Source: an uncultured Gemmatimonadales bacterium
Lineage (GTDB): Bacteria > Gemmatimonadota > Gemmatimonadetes > Gemmatimonadales > Gemmatimonadaceae
Assembly (NCBI GenBank): GCA_963851265.1
Contig: CAWKNZ010000002.1
Location: 1,632,001-1,696,000 of the forward strand
Direction of reading: 5' to 3'
DNA: 64,000 bases
Positions 9,759-19,729 of the stretch are shown one piece after another. Position numbers and translations under genes: made by a program. The notes beneath the pieces are model-generated. The model saw nothing but the letters and a program-made list of their open reading frames with translations, did no database searches and was not told the DNA's origin. How positions within the stretch are numbered: the stretch's first letter is position 1; each line of letters opens with the position of its first letter.

Positions 9759-10697
9759 TCAGCGGTCGTGCGACCCGTCCGGCGCCGACGACTGATCGCC
9801 GGCCTCGGCCATCAGCTGGGCCGCGCGGCGCCGTTCGGCCAGGCGCTCGTTGCGCTCGCGATCCTTGCGCGCACGGATCTCTTTGACGGCCCCACGAAAA
9901 TCGTCCTCGTTCATCGACCGCTGGGCGTTGTCGAGGATCTCTTGGTGGATGTTCCCGAGCCTGCGCGCCTCGATGGCCGCTACCGGGTTACCGCGCAGGT
10001 TCTGCTGGAACTTGCTGGAGAGCAGCGCGAGCACCGCGTTCGGAACGGAGATCTTCCCGAGGTGGATGGAGTGGTCGTCCATGCCCCACGTGCCGCCAGG
10101 GCCCTTGAACGTCCAATCACCCGGCTTGCGCTTCCCGGCCGCCATCTCCTGCGCGGCGATGATCGAGTCGCGCGCCGCGCCGAACGTCTGCGTCAGCACG
10201 CTGTCGACGCGCTGCTTTGCGGTCTTTGGCTCGGTGGCGAGCGTACCCGGGCGCGTCCAGAGGGCCGGGTCGCGGTACTCGGGCTGGATGCCGACGCCCT
10301 CGCCGCCCTTACCCACGACCGCGCCAGTTCCGCCCGTCGCTTCGGTGGCCGGCCCGCGGGTGATCGGCGGCAACACGCTCGGCACCGCACGCGGCGCGAT
10401 AAGCGGATGCGACCGGGTCGGCGTCGCGCTGAGCGGACGGCCGTCGCCACCGCTGCGGCCAGGCGACGACGGCCCCTGAGCGCGCGGCGCCTGCACGAAT
10501 GCGATGTGCTCCTGCGGCGAGGGCGCGACGTGCCGCCGAGCGTCCGTCCAGTGATAGCCGAGGGTCAGCGCCTCGAAGAAGGCGCCGATCACGAACACGT
10601 TGACGCCGACCGACGCGACGAGGGCCGCGCCGGGGCGCTTGCGCCGCGCTCCCGTCACATCGGAGGACGAACCGGTTCCCCGCTGGAGCGACAACAT
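9759..10697 (-). CDS. Hypothetical single-pass membrane protein
   Basis: One N-terminal TM segment, Pro/Gly-rich linker, charged helical C-terminus; coding-like GC3. Confidence 0.75.
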   Translation of the reverse strand: MLSLQRGTGSSSDVTGARRKRPGAALVASVGVNVFVIGAFFEALTLGYHWTDARRHVAPSPQEHIAFVQAPRAQGPSSPGRSGGDGRPLSATPTRSHPLIAPRAVPSVLPPITRGPATEATGGTGAVVGKGGEGVGIQPEYRDPALWTRPGTLATEPKTAKQRVDSVLTQTFGAARDSIIAAQEMAAGKRKPGDWTFKGPGGTWGMDDHSIHLGKISVPNAVLALLSSKFQQNLRGNPVAAIEARRLGNIHQEILDNAQRSMNEDDFRGAVKEIRARKDRERNERLAERRRAAQLMAEAGDQSSAPDGSHDR

Positions 10698-10749
10698 GGC
10701 GGACGGCTACCCCGCGGTGAGATGAAAGGATCCCGACGTGCGCGGCATG

Positions 10750-11385
10750 TCAGCCCGCCGCGGCGACGACGGGATTGCTTACGGTGCTATGACCGACCAC
10801 CTCAACCTCGACGACGTCACCGGGCGAGAGCCGCCCAACGCCGGACGGGGTTCCGGTCGCGATCACGTCACCCGGTTCGAGCGTCATCACCTGCGAGATA
10901 TACGCGACGAGCATCGGAATCGCGAACGCCATCTGCGACGCCGTCGCGCGCTGCCGCTCGGCGCCGTTCAGCCGGGTGACTACCGTCAAGGAGGCCAGGT
11001 CCGCCGGGGTCGGTGACTCGGGGCCGATCGGACAGAAGGTGTCGTACCCCTTCGCACGCAGCCACTGCGGTTCGGACTTCTGCAGGTCGCGCGCGCTCAC
11101 GTCGTTGAGCGCGACCACGCCACGGATGGCGCGCACGGCGGTCGCCTCGTCCACGCGCCGCACGCGGGTGCCGATGACGAGCCCGATCTCTCCTTCGAAG
11201 TCGACGTGCGTGCTGTCCCGCTCGGACGGCAGCTCGATCGCGACGCCGCCCGCGATCACGCTCGACGGAGGCTTGAGGAAGAGCAGCGGGCGTTCGGGCA
11301 CGTCGTTGCCGAGTTCGCGGGCGTGCTCGAGGTAGTTGCGCCCCACGCAAACGATCTTGCCGGGACGGGTGGGTGAAGCGGACAT
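10750..11385 (-). CDS. Fumarylacetoacetate hydrolase family protein
   Basis: KIVCVGRNYLEH, FLKPPSS, DFEGE, NDVSARD, KGYDTF, TLEPGDVIATGTPSGVG. Confidence 0.95.
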   Translation of the reverse strand: MSASPTRPGKIVCVGRNYLEHARELGNDVPERPLLFLKPPSSVIAGGVAIELPSERDSTHVDFEGEIGLVIGTRVRRVDEATAVRAIRGVVALNDVSARDLQKSEPQWLRAKGYDTFCPIGPESPTPADLASLTVVTRLNGAERQRATASQMAFAIPMLVAYISQVMTLEPGDVIATGTPSGVGRLSPGDVVEVEVVGHSTVSNPVVAAAG

Positions 11386-11600
11386 GACGGAGTGCGAGGG
11401 GCTGACGACGACACGCCGCGGCGCGACCGAGCGTTTACCGCGGCGACGTAGGTGCGAAGAATACGCGGACGCCGACCCTCAGGCGCGCCCGCGTGCTTGG
11501 TGGACACCGTCCGCCGCGGGTACCCCGCGCCCTGCGTCACCCCAGAGCACGGTCCGCTCGTCGATTCCGCGCGGCGTCCCGCGCGGGCGCGACGCCCAGG

Positions 11601-14231
11601 TCACTCGGCGTCCTCGGCCGGCACCCGCCCGCGGTAGAACGCCTCGACGCTCGGCAGCGCTCGCGCCCACGGCGCGACGACGCGCGCGGCGGGCGGAAGG
11701 CTCGCGAGCAGGTCGCGGCCGTACCCCTTGGTGACCGCGCGCGAGTCGGAGAGCACCACCACCCCGCGGTCGGCCGCGGTGCGGACGAGCCGGCCGAATC
11801 CCTGCTTCAGCCGTAACGCGGCGTGCGGGATCATGTAGTCGCGGAAGCTGTCCCCACCCCGTGCCTCGATCGCCTCACAGTGGGCCGCAGTCACCGGCTC
11901 GCTCGGGACGCGGAACGGGAGCTTCGCGATGACCATCGCGCGCAGGGCGTCGCCGGGCACGTCGACTCCTTCCCAGAACGTGGCGGTGCCCAACAACACC
12001 GCCCGCCCACTCTCGCGGAACCGGCGGAGCAGCGCGTCACGCCCGTCCTCGCCGTGGACGAGCAGCGGCCAGCGCCGGTCGGCGCCGCGCGCGCGCAATT
12101 CGTCGGCGGCCGCGCGCACGTCCTTGTGACTCGTGAACAGGATGAACGCGCCGCCGTCGCTCGCCGCGCACAGGTCGAGCGTGTGGCGCACCACGGCGAG
12201 CAGGTGCCGTCCCGCGTCGACGTTGGGCGCGGGCGTGTCGCTCGGCACGACGAGCAGCGCCTGGCGGGGATAGTCGAACGGCGACGGGAGCGCGGCCGTG
12301 CGCGGAACGAAGTCCGGGCGCGTGAGGCCGAGCCGGCCGGCGAGGAAGGCGAACGCGTCGTCGGCCGGCGCCCCACGCACGTCGGCCGCTCGCGGCGGCA
12401 GCTCGCCCGGGCCGCCGCCCCCGCGCGCGTCACCGCGCGCGTCACCGCCGCGCGGCCGGGTCGCGAGCGTCGCACTCGTGAGCACCGCGGTCTCGACGCG
12501 TTTGAACAGGTCCTCGCGTAGAATGGGCGCGAGGTCGAGCGGCACGCTCGACACGACGACGTTCCGCTCCTTGCCGCGCAGCTCGACCCACCGTACGGTC
12601 GCGTCGCGGTCGGCCGCCTTCGGCTTGAGCGCGCGGCCTAGCCCGTCACCCGCCGCCTGCAGCCGCTTGGCAACGGCGCGCACCTCGCCCAACAGCGGCG
12701 CGAGGGCCTCGAGCTTGCGCTCGTCCGTCTCGAGCCGCTCGCGCACGAGACGCAGTCCGTCGTGCAGCAACTCGACTTCGGTCAACAACTCGTCGAGCGC
12801 GTTGGACAACCCGCCCTGCCACACCGGGTCGCGCGCGAACGCCTCGGTGAGGCGCACCACCGGCTGGCCCTGCTGCTCGCACCAGGTCTGCAGCAGGTCG
12901 AAGACGAGGTCGGCCCGGTCGCGCGCCGCGTGGGCCGACGGAACGAGCCGCGACTGCACCAGCTCGAGACTCGCGACGCTGAGCAGGTCGGTGGACGCGG
13001 CCAGCTTGGCGACAAGCGCGGAGAGCAGCCCCTTGCCCTTGCGGTCGAGCCGCCCGAACGCGCGCTGCAGGGCGCGGCGCGTCACCGCGGTCCCGAGGTG
13101 CGCGGCGGCCGCGTCTTCGAGGTGGTGCCCCTCGTCCACGACCAGACGCTTGTAGGCGGGGAGCACGGCCGCGTCGTCCCAGTTGCCCGTCGTGCGCCGC
13201 ACGGCGACGTCGCTCAGCAGCAGATGGTGGTTGACGACGATCACGTCCGCCTGCGCCGCCTCGCGCCGCGCCTTGAACAGGAAGCACTGCTCGAAGTGCG
13301 GGCAACGGGTGCGCGTGCAGAGGTCGGGCTCGGCCGAGACCTCGTCCCAGACCTCGGGGCGGGGCGGCGTCGGCAGGTCGGCGAGCGACCCGTCGCCCGT
13401 GCGCCCCGCCCACGCCGCGAGCGCGCCTAACTCCTGGCGCATCCCCGCTTCGAACAGCGCCGCGCCGCCGAGCATCGCCTGGTCCATGCGCGACAGGCAG
13501 AGGTAGTTGCGCCACCCCTTGAGCAGCGCGTAGCGGACCGGCTGGTCGGTGAGCGCGTCGGCGAGAAAGGGCAGGTCCTTGCCGACGAGTTGCTCCTGCA
13601 GCGCGATCGTGGCGGTCGAGACGACCGTGCGCTCGCCCGCAGCCGCCGCCCACCGGAGCGCCGGGACGAGGTAGCCCATCGACTTGCCGACGCCCGTCCC
13701 GGCCTCGAGCAGGCCGACGCCGCCGTCGTTGTAGAGTGCGGTCACCGCGTCGGCGAGGGCGCGCTGGCCGGGTCGGTCCTCGTACTGCCGCATGTGGGCG
13801 GCGATGAGACCGTCGGGGCCGAGGTCGTGCGCCACCGCGTCGGGGTCGAGCGCGGCCTGCGCGGCGCGCGGCACCTCGACGACGACGTACAGTTCCGACG
13901 CGTCGTTGTCGACGATGCCGAAGCCGACGCCGTTGCCGTAGATGCGCGAGGCGACGTCCATGTCGGGACCCGACGGCTCGAGAATGCCGCTCGGGTGATT
14001 GTGGACGAGCATCTCGCCGCGCTCCGCGAACCCCGGCAGGGCGAGGACGCTCCGGACGTCGCCGCGCGCGACCACACGCGCCGTGCGCACGACGCCGCCG
14101 TCGTCGACGGTGCACGCAAAGCACACCTCACGCCCGCCGGCAAGCCGGATCGCGGCGCGCATGGCGGCCGCGACCGGCCGGCTCAGGCGGCCGTCGGTCG
14201 AGAGCGGGAGTGGAGACGTCGAGAGGACCAC
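11601..14231 (-). CDS. DinG/YoaA-family Fe-S helicase with N-terminal JAB/MPN domain
   Basis: EAGTGVGKS (Walker A), four-Cys cluster (YLC..LCTRTRCPHFEQC), DEGHH, FWEGVD, QGFGRLVR; N-terminal HNHPSG..PS..D; start approximate. Confidence 0.9.
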   Translation of the reverse strand: MVLSTSPLPLSTDGRLSRPVAAAMRAAIRLAGGREVCFACTVDDGGVVRTARVVARGDVRSVLALPGFAERGEMLVHNHPSGILEPSGPDMDVASRIYGNGVGFGIVDNDASELYVVVEVPRAAQAALDPDAVAHDLGPDGLIAAHMRQYEDRPGQRALADAVTALYNDGGVGLLEAGTGVGKSMGYLVPALRWAAAAGERTVVSTATIALQEQLVGKDLPFLADALTDQPVRYALLKGWRNYLCLSRMDQAMLGGAALFEAGMRQELGALAAWAGRTGDGSLADLPTPPRPEVWDEVSAEPDLCTRTRCPHFEQCFLFKARREAAQADVIVVNHHLLLSDVAVRRTTGNWDDAAVLPAYKRLVVDEGHHLEDAAAAHLGTAVTRRALQRAFGRLDRKGKGLLSALVAKLAASTDLLSVASLELVQSRLVPSAHAARDRADLVFDLLQTWCEQQGQPVVRLTEAFARDPVWQGGLSNALDELLTEVELLHDGLRLVRERLETDERKLEALAPLLGEVRAVAKRLQAAGDGLGRALKPKAADRDATVRWVELRGKERNVVVSSVPLDLAPILREDLFKRVETAVLTSATLATRPRGGDARGDARGGGGPGELPPRAADVRGAPADDAFAFLAGRLGLTRPDFVPRTAALPSPFDYPRQALLVVPSDTPAPNVDAGRHLLAVVRHTLDLCAASDGGAFILFTSHKDVRAAADELRARGADRRWPLLVHGEDGRDALLRRFRESGRAVLLGTATFWEGVDVPGDALRAMVIAKLPFRVPSEPVTAAHCEAIEARGGDSFRDYMIPHAALRLKQGFGRLVRTAADRGVVVLSDSRAVTKGYGRDLLASLPPAARVVAPWARALPSVEAFYRGRVPAEDAE

Positions 14232-14337
14232 GTGATCGGGGGTTCGGGCCCCAAGATACACCGAAACCCCGACCCGGACGTGCGATGGTGTGGCGAGCGC
14301 GACGCGGGCACGATGCACGCATTCGCGCGCCGTGCCC

Positions 14338-16461
14338 ATGTCCGCCCTCCTCAGCCGAACGCGCGACCGCCTGATCGCCGCCGACCCCGGACTCTTGCGC
14401 CTTCGCGGCGCGCTGCGCGCGGTCCTCGGCGCGGCTCTGTCCGCGGTGTGCATCGCCCTGGCCGCGCACTCGTTCGGACAGCGCCCGATGTTCGGGTTCG
14501 TCGGGATGCTCATCGCGATGGTGCTCGGCATCGCGGTGAACGATCCAGAGCCTGCACAGCAGCGCGTGTCGCTGGCACTCGCCGTCCTCGCCGCCGCCAC
14601 GTCCGTCACGCTCGGCACCCTCAGCGCGGACGTCGAGTGGCTGCAGCTCGCGCTCTTCTGCGCGGTGGTGTTCTTCGCGACCATCGTCCGGCGGTTGGGC
14701 CCACGCGGGCTCGCGGTCGGATTCCCGGCGTTCCTGGCGTACTTCTTCACGCTGTTCGTGAAGGGGCGCGCGGAGGAGTTGCCCTGGATGCTCGGCGCGA
14801 TCGCGATCGGGGCCGCGTCGGCCTACGTGATCCGGTTCTGGGTCGTACGGTTCGCGCCCGACCGCGTGCTCGCGAACGGCGTCCGCGCGGTCCGCGCGCG
14901 CGTCGATCTCCTCTTGGCGGACGTGGCCGCGGTGCTTGGCGACGCGGATGCGTCGGATCGTCGCTGGCGGTCGCTGCTCCGGGCTTCCGGGCAGCTGAAC
15001 GACCTCACGGTCGCACTCGCCCCGGCGGCCGGAATTCCAAAGCCCGGCGAGGAGCCGAGCACGTCCGGCGGGTGGGCGGCGGCCCTCCTCGAGGCGGAAC
15101 TGGCGGTCGAGACGCTCCTCCATGCATTCCGCGAGCTGTCGACGGGCGGCGCCACGGCGGTCGTGCGCGGCCATCTTGGCGCGACGGCGACCGCGCTGCG
15201 CGCGTACATCGACACCGGGAGCGACGCGGCACGCGGCGCCGCGCTCGACGCGCTCGCGCTCGCTTCGGCGGCGGCGCCCGACGATACCAAGATGCCCAAC
15301 GCCGATCGCACCGCGCGGGCGCGCGCGTGGCGGGAAGCCACGTACGCCGTCCACGTGCTCACGCGCGGCCGGAGCTGGACCACGCCGCCCGGCAGCTGGT
15401 CGACGCTCACACCACCGGTCTCCGCCGGGATCGCGGCGGGCGCGCCGTCCGACTGGTCGACCGCCCTACGCCTCGCGGTGCAGGCGACGCTCGCCGCGGC
15501 GGCGGCGATCGCCGCCGGGCGCCTGCTCTCGCCGACACGATGGTACTGGGCGGTGATCGCGGCGTTCGTCGTGTTCGTGCGCGGAACGACCGTCGGCGAG
15601 TCGCTCGCGCGCGCGTGGCAGCGCGTCCTCGGCACGGTGGCCGGCGTGGGCGTGGGGCTCGCGATCGCCCACGCGGTCGGCCACCACGTGCCCGTCGCGA
15701 TTGCCATCGCGTTCGTCGCGCTGTTCGTCGCCTACTACTTCCTGCAGGTCGCGTACGGCACGATGATCACGTGCTTCACGATCGCGCTCGCGTTGCTCTA
15801 CGACGCGCTCGGCAGACCCGTCTCGGGTCTCCTCCTGCTCCGGCTCACGGAGACCCTCGCGGGTGCCGCGGTTGGCGCCGCCGTGGCCCTGCTCGTGCTC
15901 CCGCACCAGAGCGGCGAGAAGCTGCGCGCGCTCACGGCCGTCCTCGTTCGCGCGGCTGAAGCGCCCGTGTCGCGGGCCACCGGCGATGCGGTCTTCGAGC
16001 CGAACACGGTGCTCGCCGACGTGCGGACGGTCGATCGCGCGCTCGCGCCGATCCGCGCGACCGTACGCCCGCTGTGGCAGCCGAGTTCGCCGATCGAGCG
16101 CCCCGGCCCGATTCGGACCGCGTACCTCGCGGCGGCCGTCGCGTACGCCGTGCGCCGGCTCGGCCACGCCGCGTCACAGCGTCGCGCTCCGACGGACGGC
16201 ACCACGACGCAGGACTGCAGCACTCCACTTGACGCGGATCTGCTCGCCGCGGTCGGCGGCCGACTCGCGCGCGCGTGCCGCGAGGTCGCCGAAGGCCTTC
16301 AGCACGGTCACGCCGTCGCGCTCACCCCCGCGACGGAGGACGTCGCCCGCCTGCGGGGCGCGTGTGACGTCGGTTCCCCCGACGCCCCGGGATCCCGCGT
16401 CGTCGACGCGCTGGACGACCTCGACGCCGCGCTTCGCGCGCTCGCGACGTCGGTCGCCTGA
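14338..16461 (+). CDS. FUSC-family (aromatic acid exporter-like) membrane protein
   Basis: Two hydrophobic blocks; DPGLLRLR start; RWYWAVIAAFVV...RAWQRVLGT...RLTETLAG motifs. Confidence 0.85.
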   Translation: MSALLSRTRDRLIAADPGLLRLRGALRAVLGAALSAVCIALAAHSFGQRPMFGFVGMLIAMVLGIAVNDPEPAQQRVSLALAVLAAATSVTLGTLSADVEWLQLALFCAVVFFATIVRRLGPRGLAVGFPAFLAYFFTLFVKGRAEELPWMLGAIAIGAASAYVIRFWVVRFAPDRVLANGVRAVRARVDLLLADVAAVLGDADASDRRWRSLLRASGQLNDLTVALAPAAGIPKPGEEPSTSGGWAAALLEAELAVETLLHAFRELSTGGATAVVRGHLGATATALRAYIDTGSDAARGAALDALALASAAAPDDTKMPNADRTARARAWREATYAVHVLTRGRSWTTPPGSWSTLTPPVSAGIAAGAPSDWSTALRLAVQATLAAAAAIAAGRLLSPTRWYWAVIAAFVVFVRGTTVGESLARAWQRVLGTVAGVGVGLAIAHAVGHHVPVAIAIAFVALFVAYYFLQVAYGTMITCFTIALALLYDALGRPVSGLLLLRLTETLAGAAVGAAVALLVLPHQSGEKLRALTAVLVRAAEAPVSRATGDAVFEPNTVLADVRTVDRALAPIRATVRPLWQPSSPIERPGPIRTAYLAAAVAYAVRRLGHAASQRRAPTDGTTTQDCSTPLDADLLAAVGGRLARACREVAEGLQHGHAVALTPATEDVARLRGACDVGSPDAPGSRVVDALDDLDAALRALATSVA

Positions 16462-16465
16462 CGGG

Positions 16466-17743
16466 TCAGGTTTTCCGCGGCTTCTTCTTCGCGGCCGGGA
16501 ACAGGACGTTGTTGAGGATCAACCGGTAACCGGGCGAATCCGGGTGCAGCGCGAGGTCCGTCGGCGGCGAGCCGATCGCGTGCTGCGGGTCCTCGGGGTC
16601 GTGCCCGCCGAGGTACGTCCACGCGCCCTTGCCGTAGTCGCCATGGATGTACTTGACCCACGGCGCGCCGTCCTCGGTGGCGAGCACCGTCACGCCGGGC
16701 TTCACGGTCGCCTTCGTGAACGACGTGGTCACGCCGTAGAAGTCGGGGATGCTCGTGCGGTGGTCCTGCACGAGCATCGACGGGACCGGGTCGAATTTGG
16801 CGGAGAACGCGAACAGCTGGAACGTGCCTAACGGCTGGCGCCGCCCCGGCACGTTCACCTGGTGTCCGTCGATGTCGGAGAGCGCCGTGACGTACGGCGG
16901 CGCGAGGTGGGCGTTCTGAAACGCGAACGAGCGCGCCCACAGCATCTTGCGGTCCGCGTCGGGGTCGGGCGGCGGCCCGCCCGCCGCGATCCCGGCGAAG
17001 TTGACCGACTCGCCTGCGATCGCGAGGTCGAGCGACTCGGTCGCGCCGCACATCGCGAACAGGAAACCGCCGTTCTCGACGTAGGTGCGGATCCGCTCGG
17101 CGACCGCCTTCTTGAGCGCCGGGACCGACGCATAGCCGTGGCGCGCGGCGGCCTCCACCAGCACCGCGTGCTGCTCGCGGTACCAGGGCGCGGCCGAGTA
17201 GGTCAGCGCGAGCTTGTTCTGCTGGCCCGTGAAGTCCTCGTGGAAGAGGTGCACCCACTCGTACTTGCCTAGGGCGCCGGCGAGCACGTCGTCGTCCCAG
17301 ACCTTCTCGAACGGAATGCCGGCGTACGTGAGCGCGAGCGTGACCGCGTCGTCCCACGGCTGGCCGCCGGGCGGCGTGTAGATCGCGACGCGTGGCGCCT
17401 TCTCGAGCGGCACGGCGTCCATGTTCCCGCCGGACATCTCGCGCCGCACGTCGGCGACCTGGACGGCGTCCTCGGGCTCGACGCTCACGCCGGCGAGCGC
17501 GGCCCGGCGCCGCAGCTCCGGCAGGTCGGGGACGAAGAACGCACCGCCCCGGTAGTTCAGCAGCCACTCGGCCTTCTGGCCGTCCTTGAGCACGCCGTAG
17601 ACGAGGCCGTAGGCGCGCAGGTGGTTGCGCTGCCCGTCGTCCATCGGGACGAGGAGCGTCTGCGCGCGGGCCGCGGGCGCGACGAGCGGCGCGAAGGCGA
17701 GGGCGGCCGCGGCGAGTGCGCGGCGTGGGCGGGACGACGTCAT
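16466..17743 (-). CDS. Secreted conserved protein with class-I glutamine-amidotransferase-like fold (family often auto-annotated 'asparagine synthetase B')
   Basis: Signal peptide; LVPMD..QRNHLRAYG, WLLNYRGG, QPWDDAVTLALTYA, GGFLFAMC, GHDPED, SPGYRLILNNVLFPAA. Confidence 0.7.
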   Translation of the reverse strand: MTSSRPRRALAAAALAFAPLVAPAARAQTLLVPMDDGQRNHLRAYGLVYGVLKDGQKAEWLLNYRGGAFFVPDLPELRRRAALAGVSVEPEDAVQVADVRREMSGGNMDAVPLEKAPRVAIYTPPGGQPWDDAVTLALTYAGIPFEKVWDDDVLAGALGKYEWVHLFHEDFTGQQNKLALTYSAAPWYREQHAVLVEAAARHGYASVPALKKAVAERIRTYVENGGFLFAMCGATESLDLAIAGESVNFAGIAAGGPPPDPDADRKMLWARSFAFQNAHLAPPYVTALSDIDGHQVNVPGRRQPLGTFQLFAFSAKFDPVPSMLVQDHRTSIPDFYGVTTSFTKATVKPGVTVLATEDGAPWVKYIHGDYGKGAWTYLGGHDPEDPQHAIGSPPTDLALHPDSPGYRLILNNVLFPAAKKKPRKT

Positions 17744-17746
17744 GCG

Positions 17747-19729
17747 TTAGGCGCTGCCGAGGCGGTCGAGCTCGCGGCGCGCGATCGGGACGAGCGCGCT
17801 GTCCGGGTAGCCCATGATCAGGTGTTCGAAGTGCGAGCGGGCCGCGGTTCGGTCGCCGGCCGCGAGCAGTGACCGGGCCCACGCGAGTTCGGCGGCGGGC
17901 GCTTCGGGCGCGTCGGCCGCGTCGGCGAGGATCTGCCGCCAGAGGGCGGCCGCGCGCGCGCGGTCGCCGGCGCCGCTCGCGACGTCGGCGGCCGCAGCCA
18001 TCAGCGGCGCGCGCACGTCGGGGAGCGCGCGGGCCGCGCGCTCGAGCGCCGCCACCGATCCCGGCGCGTCGCCCCGTGCCGCGGCGAGCAACGCGTCGCC
18101 GAGGCCAGGGGCGGAGTCGGCGCGCGTGCGCGCGAGCACGGCGCGCGCAGCGGCGCGCACGTCAGCGAGCAGCCCGCCGCGCGGGTCGAGTGCGGGGGGC
18201 GAGTGGGCAAAGTTCGCCCGCGCGCCGCGCAGGTTGCCGGTCGCGAGCGCGAGCCACCCTGCCGCCTCGCCGCTGTCGGCGCCGACGCGGCGCAGCGCCG
18301 CGGCCGCGCGCGGCACGTCCCCGCGCGCGATCCAGGCCGCCGCGAGCGCGTCGGCCGCGGCGTTCGCGACGGCGCTGCCGGGTGCGCTCCCGGCGGCACC
18401 GGCGGCGGCGCTTCGCGCCGGGATTGGCATCTCGGCGGCGACGCGCTCCGCCTCGTCGACGCGGCCGAGCGCGGCGAGCGCCTGGACGCGGAGTAAGCGG
18501 AGCGGGGCGGCCGTCGAGTCACGCGACTCGGCGCCCGCGCGCTCGCGGTCGAGGAGCGCGAGCGCGCGCGCCGGGTCGCCGCCCTGCAAGGCGTCGTCCG
18601 CGGCCCGGGTGAACGCCTCGTGGGCATCGCCGCTCCCCCGCGGGCTGGCGTCGAGCACGCGCGCCCATGCATCCGCCGCGGTGCGGCGCGCGCCGCTCGC
18701 GTCCAGTTCGGCCGCGACGATCCGCCACAGGTCGCGAGATTCCGTGCTCAAGGGCAGCGCCGTTGCGAGCGCCCACGCCGCACTCGGCCGGTGCCACGCG
18801 ACGAGGAGCGCGGCCGCGGCGCGCCGGGCAGCCGCGTCGCGCTCGATCGGCGGCGTAGACGGCGCACCCGCCGGGGATGACCCGGTCGCCGCCGCGTTCG
18901 ACTGGGCGATGCCGGTCGCCGCGAGCGCGCCGACGACGGCGTCGCGCACCGTGTCGGGCGCGGGCCGGAGGGCGTACACGGCAGCGTCGGCGTACACCGC
19001 GTCGTCGGTGAGCACGTCGCGCCAGGTCCGCGCCGCATCCACCCACGCTCCGTCCGCGACCAGCGCGCGCGCGCGCGACGGCCGCAGGGCGCTTCTCGCC
19101 TCGCGCGAGAGCGGCGCGTGGTCGGCGTCGGCGAGGACGCTGTCGGCCGCCGCGCGCCGCGTCGCGTCGAGCAGCAGACGGAGGTACTCCAGATACGGTC
19201 CGGCGTCGGCCGGCGACGAGCGCCGCCATAGGTCGTACGAGGCGCGCGCCTGGGCGTCGCGCCCCATCATGGCGAGGGTGCGCAGGGCGATCGAGTGCGC
19301 GACCGGGTCGGCCGGGTGCTGGCGTAACACGTCCGCGGCGAGCGCGAGCGACGAGTCGGGGTGCCCCTCGTCGCTCCACAGCCGTTCGAGCCCGAGCAGC
19401 GCGGCGTCGCGGGAATCCGCATCGCGCGCCGTGTCGGCGAGGGCGAGCGCACGACGGAACGCCGCGACCGCCTCGCGCGGTCGAGACGTTTCGAGGTCGA
19501 ACGCGCGTGCGAGCGCGAGCGGGGCCGTCGCGGGAAGCGCCAGGGCCGACCGCGCCGGCGCGCCCGCCGCGGGTGCCGACGTCGGCGGGGCGGGCGAGGT
19601 CTTCGCGGCCCCGGCGGGCGCCTGCGCCGCGCCGGCGCGCGGCGTTAGGCCGACGGCGGCCGCGGCGGCCAGGCACGCGGCGGCCGAGAGCGCGAGCGCC
19701 CCGGCGCGGCGCCGACGATTCGGGGTCAC
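17747..19729 (-). CDS. Secreted Ala-rich TPR-like protein
   Basis: GTG overlaps upstream stop; signal peptide; helical repeats; C-terminal HFEHLIMGYPDSALVPIARREL. Confidence 0.7.
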   Translation of the reverse strand: MTPNRRRRAGALALSAAACLAAAAAVGLTPRAGAAQAPAGAAKTSPAPPTSAPAAGAPARSALALPATAPLALARAFDLETSRPREAVAAFRRALALADTARDADSRDAALLGLERLWSDEGHPDSSLALAADVLRQHPADPVAHSIALRTLAMMGRDAQARASYDLWRRSSPADAGPYLEYLRLLLDATRRAAADSVLADADHAPLSREARSALRPSRARALVADGAWVDAARTWRDVLTDDAVYADAAVYALRPAPDTVRDAVVGALAATGIAQSNAAATGSSPAGAPSTPPIERDAAARRAAAALLVAWHRPSAAWALATALPLSTESRDLWRIVAAELDASGARRTAADAWARVLDASPRGSGDAHEAFTRAADDALQGGDPARALALLDRERAGAESRDSTAAPLRLLRVQALAALGRVDEAERVAAEMPIPARSAAAGAAGSAPGSAVANAAADALAAAWIARGDVPRAAAALRRVGADSGEAAGWLALATGNLRGARANFAHSPPALDPRGGLLADVRAAARAVLARTRADSAPGLGDALLAAARGDAPGSVAALERAARALPDVRAPLMAAAADVASGAGDRARAAALWRQILADAADAPEAPAAELAWARSLLAAGDRTAARSHFEHLIMGYPDSALVPIARRELDRLGSA

